Origin: Raja brachyura
Taxonomy: Eukaryota
NCBI GenBank assembly: GCA_963514005.1
Contig: OY740814.1
Coordinates: forward strand, 13,950,001 to 14,014,000
Direction: 5' to 3'
Length of the DNA stretch: 64,000 bases
The notes beneath the pieces were generated by a model that was not told the origin of the DNA, searched no databases, and saw nothing but the letters and a program-made list of their open reading frames with translations. Below are positions 1-12,739 of the stretch, piece by piece. Both the position numbers and the translations under genes were made by a program. Position 1 is the first letter of the stretch. Each line of letters opens with the position of its first letter.

Positions 1-84
1 ATGCCGATATTTGCTTTAAATTCCAGGTGCTGAGGTAGGATGCAAACTGTTGGCTCCGGCTCAATAGTCCAGGACAGTTCCAGT

Positions 85-368
85 GGTGGGAAACCACAGG
101 GCACAGCCTCAGAATAAAAGGATGTACCTTTAGAATGGATATGAGGAAGAATGTCTTCAGCCAGAGGGTGGTGAATCTGTGAAATTCATCGCCACAATCC
201 AGTCATTGGGTATTTTTAAGGCGAATGTCAACAGTTATGTTGTGGGGGGGGGGTGGGTGGGAGGCAGGGGAATGGGATTGAGAAGGAAAATAGATTAGCC
301 ATGATTGAATGGCAGAACAGACTCAATGGGCCGAATGGTCTAATTTTGCTCCTCGGCCTTATGTCTCT
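85..368 (+). mobile_element. CR1-type LINE 3' end fragment
   Basis: ttcagccagagggtggtgaatctgtg (F-S-Q-R-V-V-N-L-W motif) and gggccgaatgg tail. Confidence 0.7.
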
Positions 369-466
369 GGAGTATAATCAAGCAAATTAACCACCATCCT
401 AATCTTCTGGAATGGATTTTCGACTAGCAAGTGAAGTATATTCAAGACAAAACTTCAAAAAAATCT

Positions 467-472
467 TTTATT
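467..472 (-). promoter_or_regulatory. Candidate distal polyadenylation signal AATAAA
   Basis: Followed on the minus strand by a U/GU-rich tract (gattttttttgaagttttgtcttg). Confidence 0.55.
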
Positions 473-1100
473 AGATTAAATGATGTACAAAATTTATGCA
501 GCATGATCCCATTAGCGCTTGGCCTTTACCATCCAACCTATGTAAAACCACCATCTTATTTTGTGTTCGTGCCTTAGATACAGTATCTATAAGATACATC
601 TATTAGATTAAAAATTATACAGCTCTTCATATAAACACCCTTGTTTTAAAAATGACAATAGTACCTCTGTAACATAGAAAAGATGCCCGATGCCACCATT
701 TACATAAATATTTTAAGGTTGACATGCGGCTTCATCGTGCTGACAATTCAACCAATTCAGGTCTCATTATTTGCATAAAGATAGATTGCAATCTGCCCAT
801 TACCATATATACAAGGATTTCAATACTTCCTTTTAAATTCATTCTGCATGTACCACAAATTCTAGCATTACAACGGAAATTCATTAAAATCAGATTACCA
901 GAACATTCTTTTGACTGTGCTGACTAAACAATTCTTGCTTGTTTCATGTGTTAGTTTAATTGATCGGCTTATTAAAAACCTGCCATATTGTCAGACATAA
1001 CACTACTTCACATTTTATAGAGGATTTTTCTGCTTGGTAATTTGTAGTTTAAATATTATTTGCATCTTGGTACAATTGAGCTTGTACCAATATACATGGC

Positions 1101-1106
1101 TTTATT
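1101..1106 (-). promoter_or_regulatory. Candidate proximal polyadenylation signal AATAAA
   Basis: tttatt on + strand, about 430 nt after the stop. Confidence 0.45.
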
Positions 1107-1536
1107 AAATAAATTGATTAAAAATGATTTAAAATATATGCATTGTGAAGACTTAAAACCAGCATTTAGCTTTAAAGTTTAAAATCTTTACACTTCAATT
1201 AAATTTGCTTTCAACATGGATTGCTCTGTAGAGAACAGATAATTTCAGTTCATTAACCTCAACATCGCTTGCTGCAATTCTCACAACAGGTCAATTACAC
1301 AACAACAAAATAGCTAGTTACATTTAGATTGCACTGCAAATGCATCAGGCAAGACTACAGACAAGTCACAACATTCTTTACCCTTTGTTTTTGTTTCAAC
1401 AAATCGTCCGTGATTAGATTTTGGGAACTTGCTTCCACAGAACTCTTGGCAGCCCTTCTGATTCAGCGATAAAGGCGACTTCAGGCAATTTCAAGTTTCT
1501 GGCAGCGGGAGACTGTCTCTGTACCATTCTCAGTGC

Positions 1537-1658
1537 CTAAATCATTAGGCGTATTGAGTTTCGTACATCTTTGGTACCGCTGCCAGACTGGATTGCAACT
1601 TCTACATCATCTTGAGCTAGTACCACTTTGTCTGGCGTATAATCATTCCTTTTGATAT
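1537..1658 (-). CDS. TRPM7: TRPM7 last exon, coding part DIKRNDYTPDK...NSIRLMI*
   Basis: cttag acceptor; TAG at 1537-1539. Confidence 0.95.
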
Positions 1659-2234
1659 CTAAGTACAGAAAATAAAATATGACATATTAATTATGCAATG
1701 GATCAAAAAAAGTTTTAAAAAGATTAACTTGCCTCCATGTCTGGGGAAATAGGGAGGAATGACTCCACTGTAGATAACCATGCTATATATCGCCACTGAC
1801 GGCAATATTTACTAAAAGGCAGATTAAACTCATCATTCGTTTCATCAGTATGTTTAATCATCTGTATTTCTCAATTGGTATGGAAGGAAATTCAAATGAT
1901 CAGAAACATCCAAGGCAAATTATGTCACAGAACATATGGGCCACCAGTATCAATGGGGCCTTTAGAGATGCATCCATTCACAAGATAGGATAGCAAATGT
2001 ATTATATCAGATGAAAACCATGAAAACAAAAATGCATTGCTGGAAATCTGAAATAAAAATGGAAAGTGCTGGAAGGAGTCAGCAGGACAGACCGTGGGAA
2101 AGGAAAGAGCGTTGACATTTCAGATCTCAGAGCTTTGACAAAAAGTTTTGGACCTGAAATATTAACTGTTTCCCCTCACAGCTTGACCCAAGTGTTTGCA
2201 GCATTTTATGCATAGTCCATTAGTATGTTTCATT

Positions 2235-2735
2235 AGACAGTTGTAAGAGTGGGGATGTCATGTTGCAACTGTGCAAGATGTCTGAGACCACACGTGGAGT
2301 ATTTTGTGTAGTTCTGGTTGCCATGTTATAAGGAGGATGTGATTTAAAGAGGGTACAGAAAATATTCACAAGGAAATTACTGAGACTGGAGGGCATGAGT
2401 TATATGGGGAAACTGAATAGGTTGGGCCTGTTTTCCCTGGTGCAAAGGAGGCTGAGGGGTAGAGGTTTACAAAACCAAGAGGGGCAGAACAACTTTAACC
2501 ACATCAGTGGAATCTAAAACTAGGGGACAGAGATTTCAGATGAGAGGGGAAGGATTTTCCACACAGAGATTGGTTGGTTTATGAAACAAACTGCCTTAAG
2601 GGTTGATAGAAGTGGATACAATTACAATGTTTAAACGGTACACGGATAACAAAGGTTTAGAGAAAAATGGGCCAACACAAGCAAATGGGAATAGTATGGA
2701 TTAATTGAATCAAAGGGCTGTGTAATTATGACTCT
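2235..2735 (+). mobile_element. Degraded CR1 LINE ORF2 C-terminus and 3' UTR
   Basis: Similar to the reverse complement of the intact CR1 copy at 17800-18400. Confidence 0.7.
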
Positions 2736-3718
2736 AACTTGGACCTCTGGATCAAAAATATTTTCCATCCATACACACACTTATCTACCACAATAAATCC
2801 ACACTGGCTCGTGTAATCTGGTCAGATTTTCCCAAATGCTTAGTGTGCAGCAGATGTTACATAGCTGCAGTGAAATGGGTTTATTGGGACCTCTAATGCT
2901 GCGGAGTTTGTTCTCTGTAACTGCATTTTTCCAGGTGATCTATATCCTGAATACTTTTTGGATGGCAGGTTTACTGGCCATTATTAATAGCCCCAATAGT
3001 ACATGATGATAGAATCGGCGGGGGGGGGGGGGGGTAATGGACATACATATACCAGATAAATTTGAGGAAATTAAGTGGGAGAATGGGATTAAAGGAATGA
3101 TCAAGATTCATCCCTCGAGTCGTGATCATTCCTTTAATCCCAGTCTCCCAATTCATGTGCTGAATTAGCTCTCTAGGACATATGTAAATATACAAGAGAT
3201 TTGAGTAAAATTTCATAAACTGAAATTAATCCAACAGGTATTATTTCTCTGAACTCCCCACACCACCTTCATACCAAGCTTCAATTTCATCTTTGGCTTG
3301 GAAAAATGTGAAGACCTGTTAAAGGCAGCTTGTGATCAATCTGACAGAACACAGAGAACGACAATGTACTGTGGCTCAGTAGTGGTGAAAAATAACTGGA
3401 GTGATTCAATGATGGGCAGAAAGGAGAACAACCTGGAGGTGTGCATGTATTTAATGAAAAAGAACAGCCGAACATGTTTTCAAGAATTGATAGCAGCAGA
3501 ATATGAGACAAGAGTAAATATTTAATCTTTCTGTTTTGATGCACCAATAATGGCACAACAGAGATAATTTAAATGATTGACCAATAAGTTTGCTGCAGGG
3601 AAGGAAAAAAGGGTCTAAAGTAAAATAAAAATTGCAGCAATTGCATTTGGATATTTTGACCAAATGCACGTCACACCAGCAGAGATCTTCACATTATCCA
3701 ATTTATTATCCTTTAGGT

Positions 3719-4641
3719 CAGGGGTCAGCAACCTACGGCCCACGGGCCGGATCCGGCCCATAACCCAAAATCATCCAGCCCGCAGGCATTTTTTTCCCTG
3801 TCATCTAGACGTCTTTAGACTGTCTAATACAGCGACATTTAATATGGCCTGCGACATAAAGACTTGCTTTAATGCTCCTAGAAACCCTGTTTGTGGATAC
3901 AAAAAATCGGAATGGATAAAATCCCACGAACTGGGCAAAAGGTTAGTTGGATTGGTTGACGCGGTTCCACTGAGGTAAAAGGGTAGTTGCAGTTGCAGCG
4001 GCTGTGGTGCTCAGCGTGCCCCTGAACCATCTGTCCCCGCGCTTCACCCGGGGAAGGGTTAGGGCCAGGACCAGGACCGCCCGCCTCAAAGATGGCGGTG
4101 CTGCTGGCCATTGGTTCATGTGGACACGCCAGACAGGAATCCAGCAATAAATGGACGGGACTGGACCTTGGAGAGGACGGAGGTGGGGAGGGAGAGGATG
4201 GGGGGAAAGGGAGAGAGGAGTAGAGAGGGAATGGGGAAAGTGAAGAGGAGGGAGGAAGGGGAAAGGGGGGAGGAGAGAGGAGGGAAGATGGAGAGAGGTG
4301 GGGAAGGTGGAGAGTGGGGGAAGAGGTGGAGGGCAGATGGAGAGAGGGGGTGGAGAGAGGATGAGGAGAGGTGGAGAGAGGATGAGGAGAGGTGGAGAGA
4401 GAGGGGAAGGGAGAGGGTGAATGGGGGGGGGGGGGGGGAGGGGGAAGAGAGGGTAACAAAGGGTCTGCATGAAGTTTAGGACGGAGGGGTGAGATTAGTT
4501 TCAATACCAGTGTCTCAAACTAACTGCTATGTTCAGTAGACATAATATTGCTTAAATATATAAATATTTATATATGTGGCCTGCCATCCACTCACAGACA
4601 TGGGTCCTGGCCTGTATGCAGAACAAGGTTGCCTACCCCTG
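3719..4641. mobile_element. Non-autonomous hAT (Charlie-like) DNA transposon
   Basis: TIRs caggggtcagcaacc / ggttgcctacccctg; perfect 8-bp TSD ctttaggt at 3711-3718 and 4642-4649. Confidence 0.85.
4165..4455 (+). repeat. Polypurine G/A low-complexity tract inside the hAT element
   Basis: Almost pure GA with ggagaggtggagagaggatga repeats and a poly-G run. Confidence 0.85.
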
Positions 4642-4984
4642 CTTTAGGTTAAACGTGTATATTTAGTTGTGTAACACCAAATGGCTTTCTTCATAAATAT
4701 ACTGCGGAAATAAACCATCTAGTTCAGCTCTGAAACTCAATACTTGGATATGCTACATTAGCTAAAACCCAGACTTAACAGCTCAAAGCTGACCAGGTGT
4801 GAAGCAACTTCAATGCCACAGTTGCTGCTTGAACGGAGGAATAAGGATTTCATGAGGATTCTGCCCATGATCCAAACATCCCAGTTATTGTGCAGCTCAC
4901 CACAGGGGTTTCAGGGTTTGTACAGTAATGAGTCATTGCTCACAGAGAGAAAATAATTAAGAAAAATAATAATAATAAGCTTAC

Positions 4985-5091
4985 CAGGAAGTTTAAGTCT
5001 CCCGCAGCAAGAATTACAATGGTGTTTTGATCGAAAGTTTTTAACTGCATCTTCTCCCAAATTGGCAGGTCCAAATACCATGTCATGTGAC
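4985..5091 (-). CDS. TRPM7: TRPM7 exon ~38 (107 nt) [12 protein letters not shown]...[13 protein letters not shown]
   Basis: tttcag acceptor, G|gtaagc donor; GPANLG and Zn-finger HxCxxxC. Confidence 0.96.
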
Positions 5092-5863
5092 CTGAAAGAA
5101 ACAGCGTAAACTTGGATATTGCAGTCACTTACAGAATGCAGGTAACAAAGCATTAGCTTAAAGTCTGTCTGCAGGTTCACCTCCAGCAAGAGTGCTTGGT
5201 ATGCACCATAAGATAGGATTCACTGCTCAGATCAATAGATACATGGACATTAAGGAAAACCAAGGGTTAGGAGGACGGTGCTGGGAAGTGACATTGAGGT
5301 AGGTGACATGTGACCTTTATGAATGTGGAGCAAGCCTGAAGGACCGACTCCCATTTCTACTGCTCTTCCATATGATAACATTTTCAGATTTAAGGAATCC
5401 AGGGACAACATGTTAGTGTTAGCAAGTAGCACGGAGATAAACACCACATACAACTGGGTGGTGAAGCAGGTGCGTGTTGAATGTACTGTTCCTTAGGCTT
5501 TATTTAGTAAAACATCCAAGAAAAAACAAATAAAGTAACATAATTTTTGAAGGAAAATATAAAAAAAGATTGATTTATTGAGCTTGATCACAAATCCGCC
5601 ATGACACAATGAATGGCGAAACAGCATCAGGAGGAAATGACCTACTCCTCTTCCTATTTTCTAGCAATTGTAGTAAATCATTTTTGCAACCTCTAAAGAC
5701 CGACATTTTCCCCGAGTAATTCCCAGAACGAAAAATGATTCGACTAATTTTCCTGCCAAGAAATTGAAGTTACTGCATTGCCAAAGACTTTAGGTACAGA
5801 TCACTGCACTACCAAAGTATGTGTCGCGGAAGGAGGAAAACTGATATTTAAATTATTACTCAC

Positions 5864-5915
5864 TGTTTCTCCTCAGACTTTATTACCGAAGGATCAGTTA
5901 AGTTCTCCCCAACAC
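5864..5915 (-). CDS. TRPM7: TRPM7 exon ~37 (52 nt) VGENLTDPSVIKSEEK
   Basis: tatag acceptor, CA|gtgagt donor; TDP motif. Confidence 0.95.
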
Positions 5916-6944
5916 CTATAAAAGTAAATATACAAAACTAAATTAAACTACCCCTCTTACAAATATATCAATGTAGACATGAAATAAATGCACCTACCGG
6001 AAATAGATACAAAAATGCTGAGGTCAGGCAACATCAGTGGAAAGGGAAAGACTTAATGGTTCGGGTCCGAGACCCTTCTAAGTCTGAGACACATAACATT
6101 ATTTCATCTGCTCAATGTTTCCAGCGTTTTCTGTTTTTATATCAATATGGATTTATGTCCTTTGGGCTTCAATGGCAATCCCATGACAAAGAAGCTCGAC
6201 CCCATTTACATGCTATGGTCTTCACATTCAGTCAGCTTCAGTTTCAGGCTATGACATTTTTCCGATTGCACGTCCTATCACCATGGTAAATGTAAGGACA
6301 TTTTGGATGCTGCTACACTCTTCATTTTGCCTGGTGTTTGTTTCAAGTTTTGTGTCTAGACCTGTTCATGGCATTCATTCAACGGGTTCTCTTCCTCCCT
6401 TGTGTCAGCAAATGCTTTCATAACTTGTCTAAATAATGGTAGTTTCCTTTATTGTACACTTTAACAATTTACGTTCCACTTTCTAGACTGATTAGCAGCT
6501 TTGACATTAATTTGTCTTATGCATTAAGTAGACGTCATTATCAACACCCGTCAAATGTCTCCGCCTACTAATTATTTACCAGACCCTATCATAGAGTTTA
6601 CTTTTGGGGACAGAAATCTGAAATACTCATGCCAAGCTGCATCCAAGGGATTTTTGTTCGATATTAAGAGAACCAAAGGATAAGGGGTAGTGTAGAAAAA
6701 TGACAGGGCTAGAAGGTCAGCCATTATATTCCGCAATAACAGCAACGTAGGAGCAAGTGGTCAAATGGCATTATCCTGTTACGTAGAGAGAGAAACAGAA
6801 TCATGCTAATGACATTCCATCAGATTCTGTCGTGAGCAGAGTTTTTCAAACATTATATTTTTCATGTGTTTTATATACATTATAAAAACATCCATTCCAT
6901 TGAGTTCATGTGAACTCCTGGCACATAAATTTCATTAGTCCCAG

Positions 6945-7260
6945 TCTTCCCTTTAGCCATAGAGTGTCACTATCACACAGCATGGAAACTTATGGATCAT
7001 GCCTCCTACATGCACGTCCAAATCATTCATGTACGTTGCTAAAAACAATGGTTCCAGCCCCAATCTTTGTGGACCACCACCAATCACAGGCATCCAATCA
7101 CGAAAACCTTCTACCATCACCCTCCTATTACCAGCCGTTTGGATCCACATTGCCAACTTGGCCTGGATACCTTTTGGACCAGTCTCCATTGTGGGTATCT
7201 CATCAAAGGCCCATCAATGTAATCCACACCTACATCACTGCTCTCATCAATAGACTTAAT
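6945..7260 (-). mobile_element. CR1 RT fragment
   Basis: Decayed PQG...PLLF..YMNDLD motif in ORF 6953-7189. Confidence 0.65.
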
Positions 7261-7580
7261 TGTTCTCTCACATGCCCAATCTCCCTTTTTAAAAAAAACT
7301 ATTTTTGCCATTTACCTACATCAAGGGGCAATTTGCAGTAGCCAGTTCACCCATCAACAATAGAGGAAACCAGAGCAGCAACTGGACAGAAACTCGCACG
7401 GTCGCAGAGAGAATGGGTGGTATCGACAGACACAGGAAGCATTGATGAAGTAAAGAAGTTATTTAATCCAAGCACAGCTTGCTTCAGATTTAACGGTCAA
7501 AGCAATTTACTTCATAACCAGGAGCAGATTATTTTATCACAAACTCTAACTTTACTTTAACAAAAGCTTATCGTACTCAC

Positions 7581-7786
7581 CCTGCAAGTCCAGAACCAAT
7601 AGTTCACCTCTCGTATACTCATAGGTCCAGTGACTAAAGGCAAGCATGGTCTCCTCCAGCATGTTGTTTGGACGGATCTCATCACCACTGTTATGATTAA
7701 ATTTCCGGAACTCCCCAGTCATACATTCTTCAATTGCAAACCATTGGCTTGCTGAATGACAATACAGAAGGAACACTTCCAGGAAC
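7581..7786 (-). CDS. TRPM7: TRPM7 exon ~36 (206 nt) [11 protein letters not shown]...FSHWTYEY...VLDLQ
   Basis: ctcag acceptor, G|gtgagt donor; catalytic DLQ and Zn-ligand His. Confidence 0.96.
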
Positions 7787-8019
7787 CTGAGGTTAATCAG
7801 ACATTTATTCCATACGACATAGGAGACAACTATACTATATAACTATATAGATACAAACAATATGATGAAGAATTATATAGTGGGAGCAAACTGACTCTTC
7901 CTGACAATATTATAATGAAAAACCAATTCTTGTACTGTTAAGGAAAAACATAAATTCTTTCTCTCCTAGGGACTTATTCACATTAAAGGTGCTGCACAAA
8001 TACACATAATAATAGAGCC

Positions 8020-8330
8020 AAGCAACATGGAAACAGGCCCTTCAGCCTAATCAAGTTGCATCATCCAAGCTAGTGCCATTTGCCACACCTGGCCCATATT
8101 CCTCTAAACCTTTCCTATCCATTTACCTGTCCAAATATTTTTTTAAACTTTGTTATAGTACAACTACATCATCTGGCAACTTGTTCCATATACCAACCAC
8201 CCACTGTGTGAAAAGGTTGCCCCTTGGATTCCTATTCAGTCTTTGCCCTCTCACCTTAAATCTGTGCCCTCTAGTTCTTGATTTTCCTCCCCAGGGAAAA
8301 AGACTATGCATTCACCCTATAGATTCACAT
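8020..8330 (-). mobile_element. CR1 3' end fragment
   Basis: catggaaacaggcccttcagcc tail and ctcaccttaaa motif. Confidence 0.7.
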
Positions 8331-9068
8331 TGATAGGTTTTCTTTTAGATACAAAGAATCAGGGAATATGGCGATAGTACACCGAGGTATCAATGACTGG
8401 CAGAGCAGGCACAGTGGGACTGAATGGTTTATCACTGCTTCTGTTCCTTATGTGTACAATATTCCTCATATCTTTCCATCCTGTAGCAATCGATGAAGCA
8501 GTAAAGTTATACCAATCTTATCCGAAAATAATACTGGGATGAGAATAACTGGCAATTGTTTTCAAGGCCATTACTTCTTCTGTTAGGGAAGTATGGCAAG
8601 CAAGCTCAGAAACCATCTATTTGCATCTGAAGATTCTGTTCCTCATTACTGATCAGATGATGATTCAGCATTCATGACAATTGTGCAATTAATACCGTGC
8701 TTTTTTCCACATAACAATGTTTGCAGGTCTTCTACAACACCAAATAACTGTCTATATAACTCAAGCAAATCAATGTCACATTCAGCCTCCACAAGTATTG
8801 ACGGTTTGGCAATTAGGAAACATTTGGTAAATTATTCCATTCTATAATTCTATCTATGCTATACTTCTGTTGGTGTTCCATCTTCACACTGAAATGCTGC
8901 TCTTCCAACAAAACTGAGCTACCTGAATTACAGTTTAAACTTTAATGTTATTTTGTGATTAGAAAATTGGAGTAAAGACTTTATAATAAAAAGTTGGAAA
9001 AACTTTATAGACATGCAAGGTTAAAAAAAAAGTAGATTGTGGATGCCGACTCAATTATTTCTCCTCAC

Positions 9069-9151
9069 CTTGGAGAGTATGGAATGGTCTTTGGTTTCAT
9101 TTGGTTGAAGGCAAAGGCGAGCTTCTGTGCAGCCCTCTGCTGCTGAATCTC
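9069..9151 (-). CDS. TRPM7: TRPM7 exon ~35 (83 nt) EIQQQRAAQKLAFAFNQMKPKTIPYSP
   Basis: ttctag acceptor, AG|gtgagg donor. Confidence 0.95.
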
Positions 9152-9213
9152 CTAGAAACAAGAGATTGGCTGGTAACATGTTCTGACAAATCGACAAGAT
9201 AGCATCTGACATA

Positions 9214-10617
9214 CAGTGGCTTGCAAAAGTTTTCATACCCCTTGAACTTTTCCACATTTTGTCATGTTACAACCACAAACGTAAATGTATTTTATTGGGA
9301 TTTTATGTGATAGACCAACACAAAGTGATGCATAATTGTGAAGTGGAAGGAAAATGATACATGGTTTTCAAATTTTTTTACAAATAAAAAACTGAAAAGT
9401 GTGGCGTGCAAAAGTATTCAGCCCCCTTTACTCTGATACCCCTAAATAAAATCCAGTGCAACCAATTGCCAACCAAAAATATCCCAAGCTTTGAACATCT
9501 CACGGATCCATCATCCGAAAATGGAAAGAGTATGGCACAACTACAAACCTACCAAGACATGGCCATCCACCTAAACTGACAGGCTGGGCAGAGAGAGCAT
9601 TGATCAGAGAAGCAGCCAAGAGGCCCATGGTAACTCTGGAGGAGCTGCAGAGATCCACAGCTCAGGTGGGAGAATCTGTCCACAGGACAACTATTAGTCG
9701 TGCACTCCACAAATCGGGCCTTTATGGAACAGTGGCAAGAAGAAAGTCATTGTTGAAACAAAGCCATAAGAAGTTCCGTTTGCAGTTTGCCACAAGCCAT
9801 GTGGGGGACACAGCAAACATATGGAGGAAGGTGCTCTGGTCTGATGAGACCAAAATTGAAGTTTTTGGCCTAAATGCAAAACGCTATGTGTGGCGGAAAA
9901 CTAACATCACCCTGAACACACCATCCCCACTGTGAAATGTGGTGGCAGCATCATGCTGTGGGGATGCTTTTCTTCAGCAGAGACAAGGAAGCTGGTCAGC
10001 GTTGATGGGAAGATGGATGGAGCCAAATACAGGGCAATCTTGGAAGAAAACCTGTTAAGAGTCTGCAAAAGACTTGAGACTGGGGCGGAGGTTCACCTTC
10101 CAGCAGGACAACGCCCCTAAACATACAGCCAGAGCTACAATGGAATGGTTTAGATCAAAGCATATTCATGTGTTAGAATGGCCCAGTCAAAGTCCAGACC
10201 TAAATCCAATTGAGAATCTCTGGCAAGACTTGAAAATTGATGTTCACAGATGCTCTCCATCCAATCTGACTGAGCTTGAGATATTTTGCAAAGAGGAATG
10301 GGCAAAATTTTCAGTCCCTAGATGTGCAAAGCTGGTAGAGACATACCCCAAAAGACTTGCAGCTGTAATTGCAGCGAATGGTGGTTCTACAAAGTATTGA
10401 CTCGGGGGCAGAATACTATTGCACGCCACACTTTTCAGTTTTTTTATTTGTAATAAAATTTGGAAACCATGTATCATTTTCCTTCCACTTCACTATTATG
10501 CACCACTTTGTGTTGGTCTATCACATAAAATCCCAATAAAATACATTTACGTTTGTGGTTGTAACGTGACAAAATGTGGAAAAGTTCAAGGGGTATGAAA
10601 ACTTTTGCAAGCCACTG
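9214..10617 (+). mobile_element. Tc1 (DD34E) transposon, IR/DR type, frameshifted transposase
   Basis: About 210-bp near-identical TIRs cagtggcttgcaaaagt; left TA (right TG); [14 protein letters not shown] and SPDLNPIE with 34-aa D-E spacing. Confidence 0.93.
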
Positions 10618-11454
10618 TGGCATTCCACCAAACCAGCGACATTAGCCAGTCAGACAGTTTAACGTATGATTCTACAACTGTTACGTAGAAAATCCCATAG
10701 GAAACACAATATCTCTTTAAAGCACAAAACCATCCAGTTTCATTTAATACCAAACTATATTCATCAATCCTGAATGGATCATGTTCTGCCAATTGCAGCA
10801 CATCTGATATCACTGGCCAGTATAATCCCAACTACTGGTTTAGAAGAAATAAAATGATTTTAGGATTTTAGTAGTAATTATGTAGTGCAGTTTCTAGTAA
10901 AATGCTGAAAAAGTATAATGCTTCCATTAACTTTGAAAATAGTTTAGATTTAAAAAAAATACAAGTAGAAGACTGCTACCTGAACAATCAAACATACAGA
11001 AATAAAGTTTATTTTTCAGCAGTAACGTGTTAACTTCACCTCTTCAATAAAAGCATTAGGAATCACATCTGACAATTGCTAATTGAGGGAAATAGTCTTA
11101 AATCCTGACTTATTCAAGGACCCCTTCTGAATATTAAAAAAAACTTTGAAACAGTCAAACAGTAAGAAAATAGATCATTTGGCCCATAGTTCCCACTGAC
11201 CACCTATTCTAAACCTACTCTAATCCCATTTTATTTTCTCCACACTCCAATCAATTCAAAGCCTCACTGAGGTACTAGAGGCAATTTACAGTGAATAAAT
11301 TAACACAACAACTAAGCAGTCACAGGGGAACATGTAACTCCAGAGTGTATGGGATGCTACAGTTAACAGCTTACTAGTAATGAAAAAATCCCGCAACCTT
11401 CTCTTGCCCACTGAGCCAACATGCAGTCCAAAAATGTATACGATGAGCACGTAC

Positions 11455-11738
11455 CTTCAAACACAGATGTAATACAGTATCTTCCTTGTAGATTCTCTTC
11501 CACGTGTTCACTACTTCAGGAAGAAAAGATTTCACAATATACAGCTGACCTGGTTTTAATATATCAAACTCAGACCATGTGCACTCTACTTTTAAAGCTC
11601 GCCTCAATCCTCCTCCCATTTCTTCTTTACTTAAGAACTCAATCTTGGCACATCGGCCCTGTTGTGACCAGGAAGACATGCTGTTGTTCAAACTGACTGG
11701 TGAGCTCTCCTCAAGTCGATATATTGTCACAGGTTCAC
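11455..11738 (-). CDS. TRPM7: TRPM7 exon ~34 (284 nt) alpha-kinase N-lobe [13 protein letters not shown]...MGGGLRRA...YIVKSF...HLCLK
   Basis: ttaaag acceptor, AAG|gtacgt donor; ATP-binding Lys in VKSF intact. Confidence 0.96.
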
Positions 11739-12739
11739 CTTTAACACAAAAGCGAAGCAAGCATTTCAAAACAGTCCACTATTATAATAATAGTTTCAAG
11801 CTTTTCAATATTGTCTCAGTTTAATCTATTCTTTTGTCTAAATTGTAAATACAGCAAACTTCACACCAACTTTGTTTGGCCTAACTCCACAAATGCTGTC
11901 TGATCCACTGGCTATGATTACATTGGTTTCAGATTTCCAACAACTGGTAATAGAATCGTATAACATAGAAATGGGTCAATTTAGCCACCTCATCCATGCT
12001 GATAGTGTTACCTATCTACACTAATCCCATACATCATGCTTGTATTTCCTGTCCAAACACCTTTTAAATCTTGTAGTTGTACCCACATCCAGCACCTCCT
12101 CTGAGAGCTCATTCCTGATAATAACCAGCCTCTGCTTGAAAAGCCTGCCCTTCAGAGCTCCCTTAAACTGTGCTGTATAGTCCTAAACTCCCTTGCCTTG
12201 GGGCAGAGACTGGCTATATATTTTATCTGTGTCCCTCATAAATTTCACCATCCTCATCTCAGACCAGTAAGCAGCATTAAGACAACACTGCTCAAGATTG
12301 AGAAATAAGTCAATGCTACCCACGCTGACGCACTCGGAGAATTATTTACATTGAATGGTTGGCAGCAGTTTGGCATTCTGCCTTAAAAGAGCAGAGGATG
12401 CGAAAATCCTCATTTTAAAAAAAAGTACAAGGCACATAATGCTGCCGATCTAGGACTGGGAAATGGTCTTAAGCCAGAAAATGTTTTAGAGCCATCACAG
12501 ACGGTTCAGACTGAATTAATCATGGAATAAATTTAAGCTTCCGAAGTAGACCAAAGTATAACACAATGTTACATACAATTAACATCCAGTAGATGGCAGT
12601 CTAAACCACGTTTTCACTGCAAAAAAAAAAACAGCGTATGAAGAAGGGTCCTGGTGTAATATTTCATCTGTCCATTCCCTCCCAGATGTTGCCTGACCTC
12701 TGCTAAGTTCCTCATTCTGTTTTTTTTTTAAGACCCAAT

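Noticed and set aside
1410-1536. About 40 open codons after the TRPM7 stop (readthrough?)
   Set aside because: TAG-G context is not a known readthrough motif, the length is within chance, and the C-terminus already matches TRPM7
3878-4504. Pro/Ser-rich and Glu/Arg/Gly-rich ORFs of 122-208 aa
   Set aside because: Artefacts of the GA low-complexity tract inside a hAT element
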